From: a virus
Strand: one strand, 5' to 3'
Length of the DNA: 64,000 nt
Virus record (IMG/VR): IMGVR_UViG_3300020162_002681
Span: 64,001-128,000 of that record
The position numbers and the translations under genes were made by a program. The notes under the pieces are model-generated. The model worked only from the letters and a program-made list of their open reading frames with translations. It ran no database searches and had not been told where the DNA came from. Numbering within the stretch: the stretch's first letter is position 1; each line of letters starts with the position of its first letter. Shown here in pieces: positions 46,066 through 55,884 of this stretch.

Positions 46066-47706
46066 CTAAAAGTGACTGACGATTTGGACACTTCGAGCCA
46101 CGTTATTAACTATATTTTTTTCTGCCCCAACAAAGTTGAGTGCCTCTATTCCTGATTCTACTATTCGGGGTAAGTTAGCTGCATCAGGTGACGGTAATCT
46201 AGGTGTTGTGAAAGTCGAGTATATGGCTTTGGCTGTTGCATTTCCTAGTGATTTATTAGAGGCAAGTAGTGCAAGTCCAGCAACGAATGCAGTAGCTGCA
46301 ATAGCAATCTTAATTGGTGTACCTAAACCGCCTTGAGGTGGTCGATTAGGAGGTTGTTTCTTAGGGTCGAAATCTTCTTCATCAACGTCTTCCACTAGAG
46401 TCCAGAAGCACTGGCACTGTACATGAAAAGGTATAGAAGGTTTGCTGTGATTACGCCACACAGTTCCCCCGCCTTTTTTATAATTAATAACGTCACCTGC
46501 ACTTCTTTGGTTTTCAAGTATCTCAAATAGGAAATACTCAAGTCCATCTTGAAGTTCACAATCTTCACATGGTACAGGGTCAGTTCTTTTACTGCCGCTT
46601 GCTAATCTTTTGTAACGACTAATCAGCGCATACTCTCTATCAACATTCCATCTGAACCTCTTGTATCTATCAGCTTTTCCTCCAAATGCAGCTATCTTCC
46701 CAAAATTGTATGCGATGTTCAATTCAGTCTTTACAATGACATCTGGCGATTGTTGCTTAAATGCACCTTGCAAGCCAGTTTGGTCTTTGTTAATAATATT
46801 GCGAATACGCACTTTTAATAGGTTGAGGTCATATTCATATTTGTTTCGTTGAGACTTGATGTTGGTGATGTACTCGCGGTTGTCTGCGAGAAATAGTGCG
46901 ACAGCTTTGCGGATTTGCTTATTGCTTTCAGTCGAGTAAGAGGCTTGTAATACTCGACGGCGCTTACCTAAATAGTTGCTCGATATGAAGTTCTGTTTCT
47001 CGTCACTACTACCATACAAAAAGTTCATCATGGCAGCTTTACCTGCATTGGTGCTATCACTTATCTTGTTGAGCATATAAACGTTGCGGGATACTTCATC
47101 GGCTATTTTGACTCGCTCTTGCACGTTGGCTAAGTCATTAATATTAGTTTGCTCGGCTCGTTGCTTCAGCAGGTTGTTGACGGCATTTCTGGTCAAGCTA
47201 TACCTTGCTCGATTTTGCATATTTTGCCCGTAATCATCATTGGCTGCAAACTCAGCCGCTAACTCTTTAGTGTCTTCTGCAATAACTACACTGTCAAAAT
47301 ACTTGCGAATATCGTCATCACCATACTCATAAAGATAGTCATACATCTGATGCCTCAGCGCCAACTTAATCATCGACTCAAAATTAGTGGTCAATACCTT
47401 GTTAAACTCAACTTGCACCTTTAGAAAGTACTTGTCGGTAACATCGCTTACATTCTTTTCTGCAAACTTGTCAAACAATTGGTCTGGCACTTCATAAATA
47501 CTTGCATTCGATTTAGCAATCCACTTAGCTAGTTCATCGACAAACGTGGTCTTAGCAAACTCACTATTAATTGCCATACGAACACCCAAAATAGATTCAG
47601 CCAAGGCTTTGAAGTACTCTTGCGTCTTAAACTCTTTGAAACTATTGGACTGTCTACGCATGGTGCTAAGATTATTAAGAATATGTATATCTATATAGTA
47701 TGACAC
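46066..47706 (-). CDS. Head morphogenesis protein (Mu gpF/SPP1 gp7-like) with hydrophobic C-terminal extension
   Basis: IVKTELNIAYN, CEDC and PFHVQCQC signatures; true start may be the ATG at 47661. Confidence 0.8.
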   Translation of the reverse strand: MSYYIDIHILNNLSTMRRQSNSFKEFKTQEYFKALAESILGVRMAINSEFAKTTFVDELAKWIAKSNASIYEVPDQLFDKFAEKNVSDVTDKYFLKVQVEFNKVLTTNFESMIKLALRHQMYDYLYEYGDDDIRKYFDSVVIAEDTKELAAEFAANDDYGQNMQNRARYSLTRNAVNNLLKQRAEQTNINDLANVQERVKIADEVSRNVYMLNKISDSTNAGKAAMMNFLYGSSDEKQNFISSNYLGKRRRVLQASYSTESNKQIRKAVALFLADNREYITNIKSQRNKYEYDLNLLKVRIRNIINKDQTGLQGAFKQQSPDVIVKTELNIAYNFGKIAAFGGKADRYKRFRWNVDREYALISRYKRLASGSKRTDPVPCEDCELQDGLEYFLFEILENQRSAGDVINYKKGGGTVWRNHSKPSIPFHVQCQCFWTLVEDVDEEDFDPKKQPPNRPPQGGLGTPIKIAIAATAFVAGLALLASNKSLGNATAKAIYSTFTTPRLPSPDAANLPRIVESGIEALNFVGAEKNIVNNVARSVQIVSHF

Positions 47707-48257
47707 AACCTACACCACTCCAACCTTACGTCGATACTGTAAGGAAGCAGAAAGAGAAAGACCTTATCAATGTCACGAAGAGGACTCGTAAACACATCCC
47801 TGCATATGTGTTTCAAGCTCATGCCAACTTGCTCGCCCGATTCCCAGATACAGGTAGTTTCTTGACACCAGCATTCGTCTATCAAACTCTGAGAGAGATT
47901 ACCAAAGCTATTGAAGCTCAGCTATGTGCTGATGAAACTGCGCCTATCGATATCTTTGGTCTTGGGAAATTCATACTACTTCGTAAGAAAGCCTACAGAA
48001 GTGAGGATAAAACAAAAGAACAACTTTACCTTAAGTTTCGCCACTCTCAAGTCTTTTTGTATAAGCTGAGACGACATCATGGTACAGCTACACCAGCAGA
48101 ACTAAAGACGTTGCAGAAGTCAGATAACTACATGAAAGAGTTGAAAGCCAAACGCGAGAAGTTTTTGCGCGAACGGGAGATGAAGCGGAAAGGAGAGTTG
48201 GACGAACTTGACCCAAGCAATTACGTTGCTCAGTTTTCAAGTATCTTAGAACTCTAA
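47700..48257 (+). CDS. HU/IHF-like DNA-binding protein
   Basis: ITKAIEAQL...IDIFGLGKFILLRKKA...LKFRHS..LR fits the HU fold pattern. Confidence 0.6.
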   Translation: MTQPTPLQPYVDTVRKQKEKDLINVTKRTRKHIPAYVFQAHANLLARFPDTGSFLTPAFVYQTLREITKAIEAQLCADETAPIDIFGLGKFILLRKKAYRSEDKTKEQLYLKFRHSQVFLYKLRRHHGTATPAELKTLQKSDNYMKELKAKREKFLREREMKRKGELDELDPSNYVAQFSSILEL

Positions 48258-51200
48258 ACTGCATAAGCACTACTAGGTAGGGCAAAACTTGTACCATTGT
48301 AAAGTGAAATCCGCCTGTACACCACAAATGAATCTAAATTGATGTTCAAGCCACTTGTAGTTATTGCAGTGGCTTGCCCTATTTGTGCGTTAGTGTTCCA
48401 GTCACGATACTCATAGTCGTCAGCAGCTTCGTATACTCGTACTCCACCAACATACAATCTAAGTGTTCCATCCTGTCTTGTAAGAGCAATATGATTGAAC
48501 ACAGTTGAGGATATAGGCAAAGCTATAGAGAAGAGGGCAAATCCAAGTATTAATGAGCGCCCCAAGTATAGTCGGTCGGCTGAAAAGAAGAGGCTGAGTC
48601 CTTGTTGTGTGTAGATGTTGATAACTTCGCTTCCAGTGGTAGCTCGGTCAGTAAGTAACCAACCTGCAACTGTGAAATCATCCAACAGAAAAGAGAAATC
48701 TGAGTCATTAGGTATTTGCACATAGGCTGGCGCACTGTTCTTGCTAATAGGGAAACTGGCGGCTCCAAACTTCTTGGTCACGGTGTCCAGTATAGAGATG
48801 TTGCTAGTCAGGGTCTTAGCGCGGTAACTCTGGTCAATGATACTACTATCGAAGTTCAACAACGTAACTATCTTAGCTGGCTGGTAATAGTCTCGAATGC
48901 TTCGCTCGATGGCAGAAAAAGAAGTTGGGCTTATCTTGTAGTCAATGATGCAAAACATGGCTACGCTACCTTTCACGCTTCTATCGTCAAACACCCTGTC
49001 CTTGGCAATAGAGTTAATGGTCACTAGGTCGGTCGAATTGAATATCACTACACTTAGAGATTCTTCAGGTAGCACATAATCACGTTCTCTTTCTGCCCCG
49101 TTTGCCCAAACGTCACCAAAAAAGTCTGTTGCTAGGAGTTCGCCGTCATTGCCAGAGTTGAATATGTTGTTGCTGGCTTGCCCGAATAAGAAAGCTGCTC
49201 CAGTTTGCCCTGCTTTGCGAATGTATGCCATGATAAAGCAATAACCACTACTGCTGCTAGGTGTGCCAAAGTCTAGCCGTGAAGAGCCATCTATGTTAAA
49301 TCTAGCTGCGGGTAGCCCGTCAAGTTGTGCTGGTGTGATGTAGTTGACTGCGTTTGCTCCAATTAGTTCTTGACCATTAGTTCTATATTCAACTAATTGC
49401 ATAATGTTGCCACTGGATAAGGTGACAACATCAGGGGTGACGATGAAGAATGAGCTGAAGGTATTAAGGAGAGTTTTGAGATTGATGTAGAGTTGGTTAG
49501 TTAGTAATGTGATACTGATGTTGAAACTGAATGTGAGTGATTCAGTGCTAGTGTAGGCGCGAATAGTGAAGCTAATGAAGTCGTCGGTCGGGCAAGTGAA
49601 TGTGAGGTCGTTCCCAGTTATCGTTGCTGAGTAGTGATTAACAAGTATCTCGTAGTCTACAGTGTTGCCAGCTATCTCAGTGACTTTCTTGTTGAGGTTA
49701 ACAATAACGTCTTCAGTGTATCGAAATTCTGTCTCGGTACTAAAAAGCAATAACGTAGAGTCAAAGAATTTATTTGCAAGAAGATGAGTCGCCTCTGCTA
49801 GTTCGCTATCATTCAAAGCAACTGACCAGCCTATAAAGTATAGCAATTCTCCTTTTAGCTGTGAAGTAAAACCATTGAAAGGTATTGCGGCTCCAGTGTT
49901 TGTAGCTGTAATGATTGCTCCATATTCAGTGGGAAATTGGTAGTTAAAGGCATTGACCCCAATTTTGTTCACCTTCGTATTTAATTGGGTTACGGCTGTT
50001 GTGCCGAATATCTCTTCACTAGTGGGAGTAGTCCATAGAACTCCATTAGCAAATATGTCTGGAAAGCCATTCGCAATGAAACGTTCCCCAATTTGTTTCT
50101 GCTTGTATACCCAGATGTAGGTCTTGCAGTTGACTGATGTGCCAGATAGTGATTTGGGGTTGAGAGAACTGTTGGTAATGAAAGATGCTTTGACTCCATC
50201 GTAAGTAATCTGGTTAACTCCTACGTCACTTGCTATGTAAAGAGGCTTGCTAGGCAGTCGTCGGCAGTCTTCCCACTGAACTATATTGCCAAACGTATCA
50301 GTATAAATCCCGTAAGGAATGTCGTCACCATCTTTAAGTGTTGATAGGGACGCTGCAATATTAAATTGCTGAGGGAAATCAAGAATAAAAGGGTCTGCTA
50401 TTACAGTTTCTAGCGAAAAACTAAAATAAGACACCATAGAGTTGCTATTAGTGATGCTGATAGTGAAGTTACCGTCAAAGACCTCTGGGATATAGCCCGA
50501 TAGAACTGAGCCTGTAAAACTAAGTCCTAGACCACTAGGAGATATGTAGGTGTAAGTAGTGATATCAAAGAACTCATCGACAGCAATAGTCGCAAAGTCA
50601 AAGCTGAAAAATGCATCAACAAAATTTCTGAATGAAGGTTGAGACGAAATTACTACACCGTTGTAGTTGACATATATCTCTGCTAACTTAGCTTCCACTG
50701 CTGCCAATGTAAGCGATGGACAAGGCGATTCAGCCGTGATGATTGCTGCAATTTTTCCTCTTACACTCAGCCCTCCAGTAACTGCGCTTCCACCGAATCC
50801 GCCGACTATTTCATATTCGTTTGCATTATCTATATTAGTGACACTAAGTATTCTTGGATTGTTGGTCGGTATGAAGGCTGTAGGAGGCACACTGCGACTA
50901 TTGATTCGTGAAGTAGCATTATATACAGAGTTACCAGCTAGAGGTGCTTCAGCCCACAAGGTAGTACTACCTGAACGAAAGATGTCAAAGTATGTCGGTG
51001 GGTCACCCGCAATAACTCCAGAAGAAGCTATGGGAAAACTTCCAGCAACTCTTGTAAGGTATACGAGTATTAATGTACCTACCTTAACTGGGCTGCGGAA
51101 AACTAAGGACTGATTACCGTTATCTGCAAAATCTATACTGGGTTGACCGTTAAACTGACTATCACTAGTAACCAGAGTGGGAGGATTACTGGAAGCTTGC

Positions 51201-51403
51201 AGGAAATTTCCATCAAATAAAAGGTTGTAGATGGTTTGAACTTGGTTAGCTCCGTTAGACCCTATCTTTGAAAAGGTCAGATATTCTGGGTCACATAAAT
51301 ATAATCCATTCAAGTTGGGAATTAGTTTTGCAACATCATACACCTGACTCGCGTATGAATAGCCAGCAGAAAAGGAATGATTATAAGCTGCCGATAATTT
51401 CAT
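48254..51403 (-). CDS. LamG-domain tail fibre/tip protein
   Basis: Several concanavalin-like repeats (NGQPSIDF; DFTVAGW...FNHIALTRQDGTLRLYVGG). Confidence 0.75.
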   Translation of the reverse strand: MKLSAAYNHSFSAGYSYASQVYDVAKLIPNLNGLYLCDPEYLTFSKIGSNGANQVQTIYNLLFDGNFLQASSNPPTLVTSDSQFNGQPSIDFADNGNQSLVFRSPVKVGTLILVYLTRVAGSFPIASSGVIAGDPPTYFDIFRSGSTTLWAEAPLAGNSVYNATSRINSRSVPPTAFIPTNNPRILSVTNIDNANEYEIVGGFGGSAVTGGLSVRGKIAAIITAESPCPSLTLAAVEAKLAEIYVNYNGVVISSQPSFRNFVDAFFSFDFATIAVDEFFDITTYTYISPSGLGLSFTGSVLSGYIPEVFDGNFTISITNSNSMVSYFSFSLETVIADPFILDFPQQFNIAASLSTLKDGDDIPYGIYTDTFGNIVQWEDCRRLPSKPLYIASDVGVNQITYDGVKASFITNSSLNPKSLSGTSVNCKTYIWVYKQKQIGERFIANGFPDIFANGVLWTTPTSEEIFGTTAVTQLNTKVNKIGVNAFNYQFPTEYGAIITATNTGAAIPFNGFTSQLKGELLYFIGWSVALNDSELAEATHLLANKFFDSTLLLFSTETEFRYTEDVIVNLNKKVTEIAGNTVDYEILVNHYSATITGNDLTFTCPTDDFISFTIRAYTSTESLTFSFNISITLLTNQLYINLKTLLNTFSSFFIVTPDVVTLSSGNIMQLVEYRTNGQELIGANAVNYITPAQLDGLPAARFNIDGSSRLDFGTPSSSSGYCFIMAYIRKAGQTGAAFLFGQASNNIFNSGNDGELLATDFFGDVWANGAERERDYVLPEESLSVVIFNSTDLVTINSIAKDRVFDDRSVKGSVAMFCIIDYKISPTSFSAIERSIRDYYQPAKIVTLLNFDSSIIDQSYRAKTLTSNISILDTVTKKFGAASFPISKNSAPAYVQIPNDSDFSFLLDDFTVAGWLLTDRATTGSEVINIYTQQGLSLFFSADRLYLGRSLILGFALFSIALPISSTVFNHIALTRQDGTLRLYVGGVRVYEAADDYEYRDWNTNAQIGQATAITTSGLNINLDSFVVYRRISLYNGTSFALPSSAYAV

Positions 51404-51917
51404 TTAGTTTAGTGTTGGTGTATGCCGTCAACAGATTGGTTACTGTTTGCTTAGAGTAAGTGAACCCAAACTCTTTCCATATCTGTAAAAAAGTGAGCCA
51501 ACCTTCGTCTTGAGTCACATGATTCTTAATTTGGTCAGCTTCACTTCGGGTTAATAAGGTAGGAGAAAAATACCCTGCGATTCCATTTACTTTAGGTAAG
51601 GGGGGTATATCAGCACTCATATTTATTTCTGGAAGGTTCCTTACTATCCAACGCCACGCTTCTACGGCAGCTTTAGTTTCTTCAGATAGATGTGCTGCAC
51701 CAATTATCCAATCAACACTTGTTAAGGCAGCTTTTCTTTGTTCTTGTGTGGCAGTCTGGCTAACTGTGTTAGTTAGGTCTAGGGCAGGAAAAAATCCATA
51801 CAAGGATAGTGTGTCATCATCAATGTAGGCTGGCTGAACTACACTGCCAAGTTGAGTAAGTATGTTGACAATAGCCGAAGCACGACTAAAAATACTACCA
51901 TCTTTTCTATATAACAT
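51381..51917 (-). CDS. Tail fibre assembly chaperone-like protein
   Basis: RKAALTSVDW...KAAVEAWRWIVRNLP resembles the R..LL..SDW...W..YR..LRDLP chaperone motif. Confidence 0.55.
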   Translation of the reverse strand: MLYRKDGSIFSRASAIVNILTQLGSVVQPAYIDDDTLSLYGFFPALDLTNTVSQTATQEQRKAALTSVDWIIGAAHLSEETKAAVEAWRWIVRNLPEINMSADIPPLPKVNGIAGYFSPTLLTRSEADQIKNHVTQDEGWLTFLQIWKEFGFTYSKQTVTNLLTAYTNTKLNEIIGSL

Positions 51918-52691
51918 CTAAACAATCCTCAGCTTTTTCTTGAACCAATCCGCAACTTTAGTGAAACGGGATGTCCCCCTATCGTATATTAAGCTGTTAA
52001 CTTGCATGGCTTTATCATAGGCAGCTTCTCTTGTGATGTCGCTCCATCCAACTTCAGATTCGTTTTGAACTTCGCATTTTTCTCGACTATCATACTGAAC
52101 AAAAATAATTCCATGAGGGTCTTCTGCCACATCATCTACAAGTAACATCACATACTGCCCAAACATGTAGCAGGTAGATAAAAACCTCTTTTGTTTGTTA
52201 GATATCGTGGGTAAGTCTTGGTGGGTATGTATAAATGCTTTTGCAGCTTGTAATTTGTCTAGGTATTGGTAATCTGCTAAGGACATTATAGAGAAAGTAT
52301 CTACATCTTTTAGCTTAGTTCCTACAGGCTCTATGCCAAGTCTGGTTGCCTCGGCTAATACTGACACTCTCTTCCAGTGGTAGACTGCGTTTTGTTTACC
52401 ATTATGGAAACCAGCAATCAACACTCGGTCAGCTTTAGTGACTTCTCTTAACTCTACTGCAATATCATCAAGACTCTCAAGCAACTCTAAGTCCGAACCT
52501 CGGAGCAGGTCAATTGCAAACTCTACTGGCTTGGACTTGAATAATGATATAAGTCTCTCAAGAACCATCAATAGTATAATGATGTTGGTTATATTTGAGG
52601 GTAAGGTTATAGTTGTCCCAAACAAATCGAACGATGGAGCATCACTAGGGTTAGGTGTAGGTTGGACTTCGTACTGTTTAGTTGTTGCCAT
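51918..52691 (-). CDS. Single-TM plus GAF-like domain protein (T4 holin T-like architecture)
   Basis: TM NIIILLMVL then ADRVLIAGFHNG...GIIFVQY. Confidence 0.55.
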   Translation of the reverse strand: MATTKQYEVQPTPNPSDAPSFDLFGTTITLPSNITNIIILLMVLERLISLFKSKPVEFAIDLLRGSDLELLESLDDIAVELREVTKADRVLIAGFHNGKQNAVYHWKRVSVLAEATRLGIEPVGTKLKDVDTFSIMSLADYQYLDKLQAAKAFIHTHQDLPTISNKQKRFLSTCYMFGQYVMLLVDDVAEDPHGIIFVQYDSREKCEVQNESEVGWSDITREAAYDKAMQVNSLIYDRGTSRFTKVADWFKKKLRIV

Positions 52692-53661
52692 TGGTGAATG
52701 CTTCCATATTGCGGTTTTTGTAAAGAATTATCACCTTTAGTTTAACATCATCCTTATATACCAGTAGAGTGTAGGTATTGTCGAGCTTGCTTATTTTAGG
52801 TAGATAACCATTTTCAAAAACTATATCCGCATCAGCGCTGAAGCTAAGTATTCCAACAAAGTTGATTATGTTGAGTGTGAAGAACTTCAAGTGAGATTGG
52901 TTAACTAATACATTAAGTGATAGCACTTTAACAGTGTCGGCGCAGACTATATTTGTTTCGTTATATGTGATTGTGTCAATAGAGGCGCTAGATAAAGGTA
53001 GTATAGCTTCGATGTCTTGGCACTGATAGATTAGATTGTTGAGTACTTTACCGTTGCAATCAAGTGCACCGCCTAGAATGGGCGACCTATCCCAACTAAT
53101 ATTTAAAGGTAGTATGCGGTAAGATTCTCCAAATCCTCCAGTGCCAGAGGGCGCGAAGAAGGACACAAAAACCCCATACGCAGGTGTAGAAAACGTGACA
53201 TCATCAAATCTTCCGAGAGCGGAAGCTTCGGGTCTATATTCCCAACTTACTCCGTTATAGGTAAGAGCATATTTGTTAGGTGCAACAGTATCTACTACAT
53301 CGCTCAGCTCACTGACACTATATTCTTTTCTGCTTACGTTAGTGACAGTGCCAAGAGTGGTGACTGCAAGATAATCTCCAGCTCCGCCAATGACAGTACC
53401 TTCAATATCTCGGAGGTATATGTTAGGGACAGTAGTAGTAAGTTTGCCGTTCTCAAATCGAAGTATTGAGCCATCGCTGTACGAATAATACTCTATGAAG
53501 TCCTTGAGATTACGTTTGCTATTACCTGCAATGATTACTGTATTCTTGTATGTCTTTGTAGTAATATTCCTAGAAGTGAATCCTAAGAGTAAAGTTCCTA
53601 CTGGAACTAGGTTGTAGTCGGCTTCGCTCTCGTTGATAGTATGTGGAAATATGGTGCTCAT
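52678..53661 (-). CDS. Tail fibre-like protein, paralogous to 53664..55508
   Basis: LSDV-type repeats, DRSPILGGALDCNG, shared MST(I)..HT N-terminus. Confidence 0.65.
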   Translation of the reverse strand: MSTIFPHTINESEADYNLVPVGTLLLGFTSRNITTKTYKNTVIIAGNSKRNLKDFIEYYSYSDGSILRFENGKLTTTVPNIYLRDIEGTVIGGAGDYLAVTTLGTVTNVSRKEYSVSELSDVVDTVAPNKYALTYNGVSWEYRPEASALGRFDDVTFSTPAYGVFVSFFAPSGTGGFGESYRILPLNISWDRSPILGGALDCNGKVLNNLIYQCQDIEAILPLSSASIDTITYNETNIVCADTVKVLSLNVLVNQSHLKFFTLNIINFVGILSFSADADIVFENGYLPKISKLDNTYTLLVYKDDVKLKVIILYKNRNMEAFTNGNN

Positions 53662-53663
53662 TG

Positions 53664-55508
53664 CTATGAAAATATCTGGTTCCCAATACTTCGGTGAAAG
53701 TAGTTGAATGATTGAGAGTGAACCACATCTTCAAGACCACCTAAGCGCCCAAACCTCATAGCTGGTGGTTGGTAAACTGCATCAGTATAGCGCCCCTTAC
53801 CTACTGTCAGACGTACAGAGTCAATACGCCCAAGCATACTTATTTCTGCTGATGCAATAGCCAAGTTAGTAGCAGGAGAATCAGTAGCAAGCCCAGACTT
53901 CTCCGTAAGCAACTGACCATCACAATGTACCTTGATGCTCGTCCCAACTCGCGTGACAGAAAAGAATATGTAGCGACTGTTTTGGTATCTAAAAAGGCGA
54001 TTGGCGTTATCAAATGTGTAGGTGTTAGCACCGATGGTTACAATAAGCGTTAGATTCTGAGTGCTGGTGGTTAGTTGACCTGTGTAGCTAATGCTGAAGT
54101 TGGTGGAGCTGAAATAGTCATGGGTAAGTGTTGTTACCGATTCATAAAAAGCTGTGTCTTGATATTGTAAATAGAACTCGTAAGTAAAGTCTCCAGTTAC
54201 ATTGATGGTGGAAGCGGGAGCGATGGTGATGGTGTCAATTACATTATCAAACTCGGCAATTTGATTAGGAATACCAAAGGTGATGATGTCTGTATCTTGT
54301 TGGGTCACTCCTAGTATTGTTACTGGAACTGACAGACTACTTTTATCCTCGTACCAAAGTTTATCTCGCCATTCCTGAGCCTCAAAGTCGAGCAAGAGTT
54401 TGACATATTTGAAATAATCATCATAAAGTTTAGGAGCTGCTAGGAGTTGAGTCTGGTTGTCGTCGATGTTATAGCGCCAAGCAGGTATGCCCCCCTGACC
54501 TAGAGCAGCTATGTTAAGTGCAGTGGCGGTGACGTATGTAGTTATTACTCCAGCTACGTTTTGGACAGATATTGTGATGATATCTGTTTTCCCAGCGCCA
54601 GACAACCGAATAGCTTTACCGTCTTCATATTTGACGTTAGTAAGCCCACCAATCAAGATTTGTCCAGTGTCTTGTCTTATCTCAATGAGCATCACGGCTG
54701 CTTGATTGGTACTGGGAGATAACTGCGGTAACAAAATGCACTGAGCTTGAGTAGCTACAGGTAATCCAGTGACTATCCAATAATCTGAAGTAGCATAAGG
54801 CAGATTAACAGTAGCGGCGTTACCCACCACTGTAGAAATATTAGTAAAAGAATTATAAAAATAATTACCATTGGCGTTGAGGTTCCCACCTAGTTGTGGT
54901 GATGTGTCACGGACAATGTGCAGGTCTTGATTGCTCCAAACAGTCCCGCTAGCATCAAGCGAGAGTATCTGGTGTCTATGTGGGTCGCCTTCGGTTCCTG
55001 CTGTCGGTACTAGTTCTACGTCATCGAGTTGGTTGACAAGATTAAGTCGAGTTCGGGGTCGCCATCGCGCAGTAGGTAAGTCCCAATAGAGTGTCTGATT
55101 GTTAGTAAGACCTGCTAGATTTACGTCTGTAAGCTGAGATAGAGCGTAAGCTGGGCTTGCATTAACATACGCTTCTTTGAGGGGGTCATAGCGCAGGTAC
55201 TGACCATCTACAGGTGACACTATCTCAAGGTCACTCAGTCGGTTGAGGTTGCCAATCTGCGAAGCTGCTGTAAACTCGTTACCATCCTTAACAAAGAAAT
55301 CGCCATCACGCGCATTGGTTATGTTTACATCTTGAAGCTCAGTAAACTTCTGTACGCCCTTGCCAATCTCGAATACTTTGCCAGTGAAGTCCTTAGTGTA
55401 TAGGACTGCTTGCTCATCCTTAAGTGCTAAGACAAGTTCACCAACAGCAATTTCATAGGGTGCTGGAAGTGAATCGTTGTTAAGGGTGTGCTTAAGGATT
55501 GTTGACAC
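53664..55508 (-). CDS. Tail fibre-like protein with LxDV repeats and a C-terminal LamG domain
   Basis: L.DV repeats, DTSPQLGGNLNANG, GDFTYEF...IDSVRLTVGKGRY. Confidence 0.7.
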   Translation of the reverse strand: MSTILKHTLNNDSLPAPYEIAVGELVLALKDEQAVLYTKDFTGKVFEIGKGVQKFTELQDVNITNARDGDFFVKDGNEFTAASQIGNLNRLSDLEIVSPVDGQYLRYDPLKEAYVNASPAYALSQLTDVNLAGLTNNQTLYWDLPTARWRPRTRLNLVNQLDDVELVPTAGTEGDPHRHQILSLDASGTVWSNQDLHIVRDTSPQLGGNLNANGNYFYNSFTNISTVVGNAATVNLPYATSDYWIVTGLPVATQAQCILLPQLSPSTNQAAVMLIEIRQDTGQILIGGLTNVKYEDGKAIRLSGAGKTDIITISVQNVAGVITTYVTATALNIAALGQGGIPAWRYNIDDNQTQLLAAPKLYDDYFKYVKLLLDFEAQEWRDKLWYEDKSSLSVPVTILGVTQQDTDIITFGIPNQIAEFDNVIDTITIAPASTINVTGDFTYEFYLQYQDTAFYESVTTLTHDYFSSTNFSISYTGQLTTSTQNLTLIVTIGANTYTFDNANRLFRYQNSRYIFFSVTRVGTSIKVHCDGQLLTEKSGLATDSPATNLAIASAEISMLGRIDSVRLTVGKGRYTDAVYQPPAMRFGRLGGLEDVVHSQSFNYFHRSIGNQIFS

Positions 55509-55884
55509 AAGCTTGTGGTACTAATTGTACTTGTAAGCGTTCGAGATACTCTAGGCAGGTAAGGTCGTGTTCAATTGGTGTAAGTATGCGGATGATGCCA
55601 TAGAGGTCATCTATATCAGCTAAACGATTCAACTCATACTTCTTCCAGCTGTTTGCAAGTTTGTATAGTAAGTCAAAGTCATTCTGATACAAGAACTCGC
55701 CAGTTAGATACAAAGCATTAGACAGAAAATAAAGCTGACGTTGAGGTGTGGTTAGTTCGAGCGCCACTACTAGGTCGCGCCAATGCATCATGAACATCCT
55801 CACCTTAGCCATAGGGAAGGATAGGCAAGCTTTATACACAATTTGGTCAGTGATAAGTTCGGTGTTACTAGAAGCTGATACCAT
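55492..55884 (-). CDS. Degenerate, probably non-catalytic GH19 endolysin paralog
   Basis: LTTPQRQLYFLSNALYLTGEF aligns with INTPLRICHFLAQIAHESDGF; W...LNRLADIDDLYGIIRIL with W...LNDYADADDFESITRII; likely start ATG 55884. Confidence 0.6.
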   Translation of the reverse strand: MVSASSNTELITDQIVYKACLSFPMAKVRMFMMHWRDLVVALELTTPQRQLYFLSNALYLTGEFLYQNDFDLLYKLANSWKKYELNRLADIDDLYGIIRILTPIEHDLTCLEYLERLQVQLVPQACVNNP

